Source: Mobula hypostoma
Lineage: Eukaryota
Direction: 5' to 3'
NCBI RefSeq assembly: GCF_963921235.1
Contig: NC_086097.1
Coordinates: 241,058,001 to 241,122,000 of the forward strand
Length of the DNA stretch: 64,000 nucleotides
In this document: piece after piece, positions 49,152 through 61,249 of the stretch
How positions within the stretch are numbered: position 1 is the stretch's first letter
Layout of the letters: every line of letters begins with the position of its first letter
Program-made: the position numbers and the translations under genes
Notes under the pieces: generated by a model
Told to the model about the DNA's origin: nothing
Databases searched by the model: none
What the model saw: only the letters and a program-made list of their open reading frames with translations

Positions 49152-49803
49152 AAGATTAGATTAGATTCAACTTCATTGACATTGTGCCAAGTACAGATAC
49201 AAAACCAATGAAATGCATTTAGCATCTGACCAGAAGTGCAAAAGAATAGTGTTATTTACAAAATAGCTGTGAATAAAAAGTGCTACAGCACACAAATATA
49301 AAAGTACTGAGACAGTCCAATATGGGTGCAATACTGCTTATCGCTTTGATGTGAGGTTCTGCAGGGTCACAGCCTCAGGGAAGAAACTCTTCCTGTGCCT
49401 GCTGGTGCGGGAGCGGAGGCTGCTGTAGTGCCTACCGGATGGGAGGAGAGTAAAGTCCATGGTTAGGGTGAGATGCATCCTTGATAATGCTTTTCGCTCT
49501 GCCCAGGCAGCGTTTATGGTAGATGTTCTCAATGGTGGGCAATTGGGTACTGATAATCCGCTGGGCAGTTTTCACCACCCGCTGGAGTGCTTTGCGGTCC
49601 GATGCGGGACAATTGATATACCACACTGAGATGCAGTTGGTGAGTATGCTCTCAATGGTACAGTGGTAAAAGTCCGTCAGTATCCTGGGTCAGAGGTGAG
49701 CTTTCTTCATGCTCTGCAGGAAATAAAGGTGCTGTTGTGCCTTTTTGATCAGGATGGAGGAGTTCAGGGACCAGGTGAGATCATAGGAAATGTGGACACC
49801 AGG
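49152..49803 (-). mobile_element. Rex1/Babar-like LINE 3' fragment nested in a CR1 fragment (~49105-50305, +)
   Basis: WYINCPASDRKALQRVVKTAQRII...IIKDASHP, LLPSGR...KSFFPEAV; (CTAAT)n tail. Confidence 0.78.
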
Positions 49804-51489
49804 AATAGAGAGAGTGCAGAGGAGATTTTTAGAAGAATGTTGCTTGGATTGGAGAACATGCCTATGAGAATAGGTTGAGTGAACTTGGCCTTTTCTCCTT
49901 GGAGAGACGAAGGATGAGAGCTGACCTGATGGAGGTTTATAAGATGATGAGAGGCATTGATCGTGTGGATAGTCAAAAGCTTTTTCCCAAGGCTGAAATG
50001 GCTAACACGAGGGGGGCATAGTTTTGAGGTGTTTGGAAGTAGGTACAAGGCGGATGTCAGAGGGAAATTTTCCACACAGAGAGTGGTGAGTGCGTGGAAT
50101 ACTCTGCCAGCGAAGGTGTTAGAAGCGGATACAATAAGGTCTTTTAAGAGACTCTTAGATAGGTACGTGGAGCTTAGAAAAATAGAGGGCTATGCAGTAG
50201 GGAAATTCTAGGCAGCTTCTTGAGTAGGTTACATGGTCGACACAACATTGTGGGCCAAAGGGCCTGTAACGTGCTGTAGATTTTCTATGTTTCTATGTTT
50301 CTATAACTCTTAAAGAACAAAAATTAAATTGAGAAAATACGTAGCTGGGAATCCCTTCACTTATTTGGGACATTACATTGCTTAATTGGGGCGGGAGACT
50401 GTTGGCGAACAGTTTCTATCTAGCGTAATATATATGGTGTTGCTTAGCTGTTAAATGCTACATCATGCTTAGAGCAATCAGCTTTTAAATAGTGTCATTT
50501 GTGAGTGCCTATGTTCAAAAAGCAGTGATTTTTTTGTCACCCTCCCTTTTTTTTCTCCCCCTGGTGCCCCTCCTCCTTCACTTTCTCCCATGCTCTGCTC
50601 TCCTTTCTAGTCAGATCCCTTCCTCTCCAGCCCTTTAATTTTCCCTCCCACCTGGCTTCACCTATCACCTTCTAGCTAGTCCTCCTTCCTCTTCCCCCCT
50701 CACCTTTTCATTCTGGCGTCTTCCCCCTTCCTTTTCAGTCCTGAAGAGGAGTCTCAGCCCAAAATGTCGACAGTTTATTCCTTTCCATAGATGCTGCCTG
50801 ACCTGCCGAGTTTCTCCAGCATTTTGTGTGTGCTACTCTGGGTTTTCAGCATCTGCAGAATAGATTGTGTTTTTGATGTTTGTTACTGATAGATGGCAAT
50901 AAATAAACAGTAACATAATTTATTGTTTTGCTCACTGTGGTTTCAAGCATTCAGGCTTGGAAATGCCAGAAACAGCCAAGAGTGACAATGAAACAAATTC
51001 ACTACTTCAACAAGTTAGGTATTATGGAGGTATCAGTAATCATCTTGAGTATTACAATGAAAATGAAGATTTGGAGGATGCAATCATCTAAAGCATTGCA
51101 CAAATGCAGTCCATTATCTGCACCAGCTGCTCCTACGACCATCCACCACCTGCACCCATGGCTTTACGTAATCCTGATCGGGGGCTAAGTAGGTACTACA
51201 TCTTGCTCAAGGGTGAACTGCAAGCTACTGGAGGGAAGGAGCACCTTACACCTCCTTTGGGAGAAATGTATCTCCACCCCACCACCCAAAGTATGATGAC
51301 ACAACTTTCAAAACACGACTAACTCGGAACAAGATGCATTCTAAATAGCTTCCATAGACATTAATCCCTTTAGATGTATAAACAAGGAGATTAGCAATTA
51401 CTTCTACATGGGTCACATTACCAATATGTAGGGCAATACATTATCCAATAGTTGAACTTAACTGAACAGATGATTTCTCAAAAGCAATG

Positions 51490-52280
51490 CATACAAAAAT
51501 GCTGGAGGAACTCAGCAGGTCAGGCAGCATCTATAGAAATGAATAAACAGTCAATGTTTTGGGCCAACACCCTTCATCTTGACTGAGAAATAGGGGGAAG
51601 GTGCCAAAATAAATGGTGCAGAGAGGAGAAGAAGGTTAGCTGGAAGATGATAGGTAAAACCAGGCGGGTGGGAATGGTCAAGGGCTGGAGAATGTGGAAT
51701 CTGATAGGAGAGGAGAGAGCACCATAGGAGAAAGGGAAGGTGGTGGGGACCCTGGATGAAGTAATATACAGGTGAGAAGAAGTGAAAGTTCAGAGCGGGG
51801 AATGGAGGAATGGTTGTGGGAAATTTGTTTACTGGAAGGAGAAATCAATATTCATGCCACCAAGTTGGAGCCAGAACACAAGATGTCACCCTGAGGGAGG
51901 CCTCATCTTGGCACAAAGAGATTAACAATTATTTCGACATGGGACATGTCGCCAATCTGAGGGAGAACTCATCTTGGCTCAAGAGGAAGCCATGGACCGA
52001 AACATCGGAATGGGAATGGGAATGGAAATCGGTATTAAAATGTTTGGCACCGGGAAGACCTGCTTGTGGTCGATGGTGTGGAGACACTCGACAAAGCAGA
52101 CCCCCAGCTTACAAATGATCTCACCAATGTAGAGAAGGCCACATCGGGAGCACTGGACACAATGGACGGCCCCAGCAGATCCACAGGTCATTTCCATAGA
52201 TGCTGCCTGACCAGCTGAGTTCCTCTGGCATTTTGTGTGTGTTGCTTTGGATTTCTAGCATCTGCAGACTTCCTCATGTT
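51490..52280 (-). mobile_element. Penelope-like fragment with an inverted partial terminal repeat (52190-52280)
   Basis: Minus-strand ORF VHCVQCSRCGLLYIGE; terminal repeat at both ends in opposite orientation. Confidence 0.75.
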
Positions 52281-53182
52281 TATGATTATCTGTTAAATTG
52301 CAGATTCAAGTCAGATTTACCTAATCAACTATTTTTCTTGAAAAATGTAATTCAGCATAAATTACAATAACCTGACCTATCACAATGTAGCGAGACATAA
52401 AATTTTCTATCATAATAGAAGACACAACATTTTTCTAAGAAATTAAAAAAAATCTTCTGTGCTTGCAGGCATAATAAATTAGTTAGTTTAGGTCACCTGT
52501 TTATTGATGGCAGTACAGTTGCTAGGGAACGATTTGTTGTTCATATATTTTCTCTAGAACAGAGATAAAGGAATGGTATTTTTAAGAGTTTTATACAATG
52601 AGCATACTTAATTATATTCTTTTACGGAACAATAAGAAAGCAGTTAAAATCAAATATGCTGGATGGTCTCTGAAACAAATCAAACCCTGGTATAATAACA
52701 GTGAAAAGCACAGCCCAGGGAAAATACACCTGGCTCTGTCAGAAAAATAACACACACAAAATTCTGAAGGTACTTATCATGTATGGAGAAGAATAAACAT
52801 TTCAGACCTAGATCCTTCATCATAAGACCATATGACATGGAAGTAGAGTTAGGCCATTCAGCCCATTGAGTCTGCTCCACCATTTCACCATGGTTGATTT
52901 ATTTTCCCTCTCAACCCCATCTCCTGCCTTCTTCCCATAATCTTTGGCAACCTATTAATCAAGAACTTATCAGGTTCTGCTTTAAATATACCCAATAGCT
53001 TGCCAACCACAGCCGTCTGTGGCATTGAATTCAACAAATTTACCACAATTCGGCTAAAAACGTTCCTCCTCATCTCTGTTCTAAAGTGAGATGCTTCTGT
53101 TCTGAGGCTGTGCCCTCTGGTCCTAGACTCCCCCAGTATAGGAAACATCCTCTCTACATCCACCCTATCCAGTCCTTTCAAA

Positions 53183-53793
53183 AGTCATAGTCATAGTCAT
53201 AGTCATAGTCATACTTTATTGATCCTGGGGGAAATTGGTTTTCATTACAGTTGCACCATAAATAATAAATAGTAACAGAATCATAAATAGTTAAATAGTA
53301 ATATGTAAATTATGCCAGTAAATTATGAAATAAGTCCAGGACCAGCCTATTGGCTCAGGGTGTCTGACCCTCCAAGGGAGGAGTTGTAAAGTTTGATAGC
53401 CACAGGCAGGAATGACTTCCTATGACGCTCAGTGCTGCATCTCGGTGGAATGAGTCTCTGGCTGAATGTACTCCTGTGCCCACCCAGTACATTATGTAGT
53501 GGATGGGAGACATTGACCAAGATGGCATGCAACATAGACAGCATCCTCTTTTCAGACACCACCGTCAGAGAGTCCAGTTCCATCCCCACAACATCACCGG
53601 CCTTACGAATGAGTTTGTTGATTCTGTTGGTGTCTGCTACCCTCAGCCTGCTGCCCCAGCACACAACAGCAAACATGATAGCACTGGCCACCACAGACTC
53701 GTAGAACATCCTCAGTATCGTCCGGCAGATGTTAAAGGACCTCAGTCTCCTCAGGAAATAGAGTCGGCTCTGACCCTTCTTGCAGACAGCCTC
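53183..53793 (-). mobile_element. Rex1/Babar 3' fragment, same family as 18545-20655, nested in an antisense CR1 3' end (52822-53880)
   Basis: Near-identical ORF C-terminus, 3' UTR and (GACTAT)n tail. Confidence 0.9.
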
Positions 53794-53883
53794 AAGAGGG
53801 GCAAAATTCGATAGGTTTCAGTACGATCCCCCTCATTCCAGCGAATACAGGCCCAGAGCTATCAAACACTCCTCAAATGTTAA

Positions 53884-55128
53884 ATCAGGACTGGAAATAA
53901 AGGGAACAGAAGCTTGAATAAAAAGTGGGGGGAGGGGAGAAAGAGTACAAGTTGGAAGGTAATAGGTGAAACCAGGTAAGGGGGAAGGTAGATGTGTGGG
54001 GATGGGAGGATGAAGTAAGAAGCTGGAAGATGATAGATGGAAAAGGTAAATGGCTGAAGAAGAAGAATCTGATAGGAGAGGAGATTGGACCATGGGAGAA
54101 AGTGAAGGAGGAGGGGGTGTGATAAGCAGGTGAGGAGAAGAGGATCCCACCACCAAGCAAATTTTTCCTCCCAGCCCCATCTCATCCTATTCTCCCGCCA
54201 CCCTACCAGGGATAGGTTTCCTCTTGTCCTCACCTACCATTCCATCAGCCTCTGCGTCCAGCACATGATTCTCCGCAACTTCTGCCAACTCCAATTGGAT
54301 CCCACCACCAAGCACATCTTTCCTTCCTTCCCAATTTCTGCTTTCCGCAAGGATCACTCCCTACGTGACTCTCTTGACCATTCGTCCCTCCCCACTGATC
54401 TCCCTCCTGGCACTTATCCTTGCAAGCAGAACAAGTGCTACACCTGCCCCTACACCACCTCCCTCACTACTACTCAGGGCCCAAAACAGTCCTTCCAGGT
54501 GAGGTGAGCCTTCATCTACAAGTATGTTGGGGTCATCTACTGTATCTGGTGCTCCTGGTGTGGCCTTCCATATGTCGGTGAGCCCTGATGCAGATTGGGA
54601 GACCCCTTCAGTGAACACCTATGCTCCATCCGCGAGAAAAAGCAGGATCTCCTATTGGCCACCATTTTAATTCCACTTCCCATTCCCATTCCAATATGTC
54701 AGTCCATGGCCTCCTCTACTGTTACACTGAGGCCACACTCAGGCTGGAGGAGCAACACCTTATATTCTGTCTAGGTAGCCTCCAACCTGATGGCATGACC
54801 ATCAATTTCTCAGACTTCCGGTAATGTCCCCACTCCTTCACCATTCTCCATTCCCACTTCCCTCTCTCACCTTATCTCCTTACTGCCTATCACCTCCTGC
54901 TAGTGCTCCTCTCCCTCTTCTTTCTTCCAAGGATTTCTGTCTTTACATCACCCCTCCCGGTTTCACCTGTCATCTTGCGGTTCTTCCTCCCCTCTCCCCT
55001 ATTTTCTTACTCTGACTCTTCATCTTTTCTTCCAGTCCTGATGAAGGGTATCTGCCTGAAATGTCAACTCTACTCTTTTCCATAGATGCTGCCTGGTCTG
55101 CTGAGTTCCTCCAGCATTTTGTGTGTTG
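53884..55128 (+). mobile_element. Penelope-like element 3' part with an inverted 5' segment (53884-54140)
   Basis: RDRFPLVLTYH, KCYTCP and IYCIWC...YVGE motifs; terminal repeat with a near-intact hammerhead at 55033-55070. Confidence 0.82.
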
Positions 55129-55731
55129 GGAGTCATCTTGCAGGATTCCCTAAAAGGTTAATTTGCAGATTGAGTCAGTGGTAAGAAAGGCAAATGCAAT
55201 GTTAGCATTCATTTCGAGAGGACTAGAATATAAGAGGAAATATGTGATGCTGAAGTTTTATAAGGCTTTGGTCAGACTGCACTTGGAGTATTGTGAGCTA
55301 CTTTAGGCCCCTTATCTAAGAAAAGTTGTGCTGGCATTGGAAAGGGTCCAGAGGAGGTTCATGAAAATGATTCCAGGAATGAAAGGGTTAATGTATGAGG
55401 AAGATTGGATGGCTCTGGGCTTGTACTCGTTAGAGTTTAGAAGAATGAGGGGAGATCTTCTTGGACTCAATTGAGTATTGAAAGACCTAGATAGAGTGGA
55501 TGGGGAGAGGATGTTTCCTATAGTGATGGAATCTAGGACCAGTGGGCACATGCTCAGAAAAGAGAGATGTCCATTTAGAACGGAGATGAGGAGGAATTTC
55601 TTTAGCCAAATGGTGCTGTATCAGTAGAATTAATTGCCACAGGTGGCTGTGGAGGCGAAGTCATTGGGTATATTTAAAATGGAAATGCAATGTTAGCATT
55701 CATTTTGTAAGGACTGGACTATAAAGGCAAT

Positions 55732-57400
55732 TTTCACCATGGATGTCCAGTCCCTATACACCTCCATCCCCAACCAGGAAGGCCTCAAAGCTCTCCATTT
55801 CTTCCTGGACACCAGACCCAACTGGTTCTCCTCCACAACCACTCCATCTAGCAGAACTTGTCCTCACACTTAATAATTTCTCCTTTGGCTCCTCCCACTT
55901 CCTTCAAACAAAAGGTGTAGCCATGGGCACTTGCATGGGTCCCAGCCTAGCCTGCCTCTTTGTTGGCTACATAGAACAGTCTATGTTCCAAACCTACAGT
56001 GGTGTCACTCCCCCACTTATCCTACGCTACATCAACAACTGCATTGGTGCTGCTTCCTGCACCCATGCTGAGCTAGTCTACTTCATCAACTTTGCCTCCA
56101 ACTTCCACCCTGTCCTCAAATTTATCTGGTCCATTTCTGACACCTCCCTCTCCTTTCTCAATCTCTCTGTCTCTATCTCTGGAGACAGTTTATCCACTGA
56201 ATTCCTTTAGAAAGCCACTGATTCTCACAGTTACCTAGACTATACCTTTTCCCACTCTGCCATTTGTAAAAATGCCATTCCCTTCTCTCAATTCCTCCAT
56301 CTCCGCTGCATCTGCTCTCAGGATGAGACTTTTCATTGTAGAAGGAAGGAGATGTCTTTCTTCAAAGAAAGAAGCTTCCCTTCCTGTACTAACTATGCAG
56401 CCCTCTAACAAATTTCTTCCATTTCTCGCATGACTGCCCTCACCCCATCCTCCCGCCACCTCACCAGGGATAGGGTTACTCTTGTCCTCACCTACCACCC
56501 CACCAGCCTCCACGGACCGCACATAATTCTCGGAAATTTCTGCCGTCTCCAAAGGGATCCCACCACCAAGCACATCTTTCCCTCCTCTCCACTTTCTGCT
56601 TTCTGTAGGGATCGTTCCCTATGCAACTCCTTTGTCCATTTGTCCTTCCCCACTGATCTCCTTCCTGGTACTTCCAGGTGCAAGCAGAACAAGTGCTGCA
56701 CCTGCCCCTACACCTCCTCCCTCACTACCATTCAGGGCCCTAAACAGTCCTTCCAGGTGAGGCGACACTTTGCTTGTGAGTCTGTTGGGGTCATCTATTG
56801 TATCATGTGCTCCCGGTGTGGCCTTTTGTATATCGGTGAGACTCGACGTAGATTGGGAGACCACTTTGTCGAGGATTCCACTTCCCATTTCCATTCTGAC
56901 ATGTCCATCCATGGCCTTCTCCACTGTCACGATGAGGCCACACTCAGGTTGGAGGAACAACACCTTATATTCTGTCTGGATAGCCTCCAACCTGATGGCA
57001 TGAACATTGATTTCTCAAACTTCCAGTAATGTTTCCCCCCACCCCACCCCTTCATCATTCCCCACTCCCCTTTTCCCTCTCTCACCTTGCCCATCACCTG
57101 CCTCTGGTGCTCCTCCCCCATTTTCTTTCTTCCATGGCCTTCTGTCCTCTCCTATTAGAATCCCCTTCTCCAGCCCTGTATCTCTTTCACCAGTCAACTT
57201 CCCAACTCTTTACTTCACCCCTCCTCCCCCTCCCGGTTTCACCTATCACCCTGTGTTTCTCCCTCCCCTCCCCCCACCTTCTAACTCTGACTCCTCACCC
57301 TTCCTTCTCCTGTCCTGCTGAACGGCTTCAGCCCAAAACCAACTGCATTCTTTTCAATCGATGCTGCCTGGCCTGCTGAGTTCCTCCAGCATTTTGTGCT
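55732..57400 (+). mobile_element. Penelope-like element (RT plus GIY-YIG endonuclease), 5'-truncated and frameshifted, inserted into a CR1
   Basis: FTMDVQSLYTSIP, LTLNNFSFG...QTKGVAMGTCMGPSLACLFVG, LRYINNC (decayed RYIDD), and VIYCIMCSRCGLLYIGETRRRL. CR1 sequence is continuous across the insert (55685-55730 and 57400-57990). Confidence 0.9.
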
Positions 57401-58497
57401 ATGGCCTTATAAGGCATCGGTCAGACTGCAACTGGAGTATTGTCAGTAGTTTTGGGCCCTCATTTGAGAAAAGACATGCTGAAATTGGAGAGGATCCAGA
57501 GGAGGTTCATAAGAAGGATCCAAGAATGTAAGGGTTAATGTATGAGGAGCATTTGATGCCTCTGGGCCTTTACTTGTTGGAGCTAAGTGGAATGAGGGGT
57601 TTTCTCGTTGAAACTTACCCAATTTTGAAAAGCTTCGATCGAGTGGATGTGGAGAGGATGTTTCCTATAGTAGAGGGGGTCTAGGACCAGAGGGCACAGC
57701 CTCAGAATAGAGAGACGTCCCTTTAGAACAGAGATGGGGAGGAATTACTTTAGTCGGAGGATGGTGAACCTGTGGAATTCATTGCCACGGATGATTGTGG
57801 AGGCTAGGTCATTGGGTATATCTAAAGCGGGAATTGATAAATTCTTGAGTAGTAAGGGCGTCAAAGGTTATGGAGAGAAGGCAGGACCACGGGGTTGTGA
57901 GGGATAATAAACCAGCCAGAGTGGAATGGCAGAACAGTCAATGGGCCGAATAGCCTAATTCTGCTCCTATATCTTATAGTCTTATGACAGATATATTAGG
58001 TGTATCAGGACAAAACCTCTAATAAAATAATCTTCCTGGATCATGTCTTCCACTGAGGTCCTACTGACCAGATATTTATGTTATAAGAATGCTCTGACAG
58101 AAAATGTGCTCAGTTAGGAGAATGTGTCAAATGTATTCATAAACTGCTAATGCCCAGAGCAAATACTCTGTCCAACAAACTAACACAAAGACAGCAGAGA
58201 CCTTCCACGGGCACTTTATTAACAGTGAGATGACACATAAGCAAACCAAAGGTCTCACTTTACATGCAATGAAAGACACTTAGCCCAGCAGAGTCTTGGG
58301 TGAGATCTATTTAATTTAAGACAACATACATAGTGATCAGATTAATTGGGAAAGTATATCTTGATTTCATCTTTGAATCAGGCTCAAATTCCTTTCTAAT
58401 TTACATATGTCACCACTAAATAGTATACGGTTTAAATACTTTGTTCAGTAGATTATGCTGACAGATTGTAATAAACAGAAGTCATAAAAAATATATG

Positions 58498-59262
58498 CAC
58501 TCTGTGGCCACTTTATAAGGTACACCTGTGCACCAGCTCAGCCAATCATGTGGCAACAGCTCAATGCATAAAGGCATGCCGACATGGTCAAGAGGTTCAG
58601 TTGTTGTTCAGACCAAACATCTGAAAGGGGAAGAAATGTGATCTAAGTGACTTTGACCATGGAATGATTGTTGGTGCCAGATGGGGTGGTTTGAGTACCT
58701 CAGAAGCTGTTGATCTCCTGGGATTTTCATGCAATGCAATTTCATGCAATTTTCATGCATTTTAAACTATTGAGTTTACAGAGAATGGTGCAAAAAAGAA
58801 AAACAGTGAGCAGCAGTTCTGTGGGTGAAGACACCCATCTATTTCAAGGTTCAACATGTGGTGTGCATTTTCTTCCAAACACCACTGTTGTAACACATGG
58901 TTCTTTGAGTTATTCTCACCTTCCAATCAGCATGAACCAGTCTGACCATTCTCCTCTGACCTCTATCATTAACAAGGCACTTTCACTCACAGAACTGCCG
59001 CTCAATGGACTTTTTTTATTTGTTTCTCTCACCATTTTTGTTTAGGGATTTGTGCGTGAACATCCCAGGAGATTCCACTGTCAAAGTCACTTAGATCACA
59101 TTTCTTCCTCATTATGATGTTTGGTCTGGAGAATAACTGAACCTCTTGACCATGTCTGCATGCTCTTAAGCGTTGGGATGCTGCCACACGACTAGCTGAT
59201 TACATATTTACATTATGGAGCAGGTGTACAGATGTATCTAATAAAGTGGCCACTGAGTGTAT
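58498..59262. mobile_element. Palindromic Tc1-derived element
   Basis: TIRs CACTCTGTGGCCACTTTATAAGGTACACCTGT / ACAGATGTATCTAATAAAGTGGCCACTGAGTG; the transposase 5' fragment (KKCDLSDFDHGMIVGAR) is present in both orientations. Confidence 0.75.
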
Positions 59263-60103
59263 ATTCAAAGGAACACGATGTGCTTTCTGTGAAGCATAGA
59301 AACTGATATTTGAAAGAGAAGCTGTAGTCATGGTAATATTCTGGTGAAAAGTTAGTTAATTGCAGAAACACACTTCAGAGGAAAAGAGAATGAAGGCTTC
59401 TTTTGTACGGCCTCATCGTCTACCGGTAAAACTTTAAGAAATTGATTTGTGGAACGTGGATGGTGTTGAACATTACAAAGCCTGCTGTTGTGTTCTTTCT
59501 CAATCACCTCAAGAACAGCCTATCCAGTTACCAGGGGATGTGTTATAACTATTTGTCCTGCTTTACTTAACAGACATTAAAGGCTAAGTTGTATAATTGT
59601 TAGTGAAATCTTGTCTGAAGTTCCTTTTATTGCAGTCTTGGTAGTTTGCTTGTTGACTTTACACTGCGATCGTATTACTATCATAAGGCTGAAGTACTGG
59701 ACATCATAAATCTTCAATTGCTCGGTGCAGCTAAGAGTAAATACTTGGAAAGTTGAGAAGCTTTTGCTTTTTAGAAAGATTACTTTACTAATATTCTTCC
59801 TTCCTGTCCTTTCTGAAGGCCCTGTACTTATGGCTACATGTGCTCCGGCCTCAAACACGTTTTCTCATTTGACAAAGTACACCGACCGGAGGAAGCCAAT
59901 GGGTCAGGTGGTATCTGTGGAGGCAGAGTGATGCTTGACATTTCGGACCGAGATCTGGTATCAGTATCCCATAATGCCATCCACCCAGCCTCCATTGATG
60001 TTGACTTGCTGACTGTTTCCAGCACATTGCTTATCACTCCAGATACATCATCTGAAGCCTCTTGTGTCTGCTAATTTTGAACCTTGACTAAATTTTGTTT
60101 AAA

Positions 60104-60620
60104 TACAGTACCATGCCAAAGTCTTAGGAACTGCCACGTTGCACAGTGCTGTATTTGTCAATGTGGAGCGGAGAGCATGTTTGTAAGTCTGCCAGGAGGT
60201 AAGAATGTTGGGAATGGTGAGGGTGGAGTGCTATGGGAGGGCTGTGGGACAGGTGGCAGAGAAGGAGTGCCAGGGGCAGGGAGTGACGCGGGTGCAGACA
60301 CACCCAGCCCTGAAACACCGGGCAAGGTCATTTGAATCCAAACAATTGTTTTATTTATTATTACAGAATGTCTCTCTGGTGCTTCCCACTTCCTCCCATC
60401 TCCCTTCCCTTTTACTCAACCATGATTTCCCCTCTCCCTGCTGCCTTCTCATTCTCAGTCCACAATAGAGACCCATATCAGAAACAGTTTTATCATCACT
60501 CACAAATGTCATGAAGTTTGTTTTTTTTTGCAGCAACAGTGCAGTGCAATACATAAAATTACTACAGTACTGTGCAAAGGTCAATATATTTGTGCCTAAG
60601 ACTTTTGCACAGTACTGTAC
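60104..60620. mobile_element. Tc1/mariner-type MITE, copy 3
   Basis: Same TIRs and internal sequence as 42899-43441. Confidence 0.7.
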
Positions 60621-60644
60621 ATTGAGTTGAGCTCAGCATAAATA

Positions 60645-61246
60645 GAAAAGATTCTGCTGATACTGGAAATCACACACACACACACACACACACAAAATGT
60701 TGGAGGAACTCAACAGGTCAGGCAGCATCTATGGAGAGGAATAATGAGTTGATGTTTCAGGCTGAAACCATTCATCAGGACTGGAAAGGAAGGGGGAAGA
60801 AGCCAGATTAAGAAGGTAGGTGAAGAGTTAATGCCATTCCCCATTCCCGTCCTGACATGTTGGTCTATAGTCTGTTCTACTGCCACAATGAAGCTACTGA
60901 GGTTGGGTAGCCACCAGCCTGATGGCATGAGCATCAATTTCTCCAGCTTCTGGCGATTTCTCCCCACTCCCCCTTCTTTCCTTTCCCATTCCTTATTCTG
61001 GCTCCCCCCCTTGCCCTTCTCTTCTACTCATTTGGTGCCCATCCTCATTCCTTCTCTCTCGTGGTCCGCTCTCCTTTCCTATCACATTCCTTCATATTCA
61101 GTCCTTTAGCTTTTCCATCTATCACCTCCCAGGTTCTCAGGTCATACCCACCTTCCCCCTCACCTGGTTTCACAGTTCACCTGCCAGCTTGTACTCCTTC
61201 CCCTCCCGCCACCTCCTTCTCCACCCTTGCTTCCCAGTCCTGATGG
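60645..61246. mobile_element. Inverted pair of Penelope-like terminal fragments
   Basis: 60645-60825 is a minus-strand terminal repeat with a hammerhead remnant. 60830-61246 is the plus-strand ORF end and UTR, which breaks off at CAGTCCTGATG. Confidence 0.72.
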
Positions 61247-61249
61247 AGA

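Noticed and set aside
59577..60074. Short ORFs resembling a coding exon of another gene
   Set aside because: No recognisable protein. 59880-59965 is a decayed Penelope terminal repeat (CTGATA...CCGAAATGTC on the minus strand).
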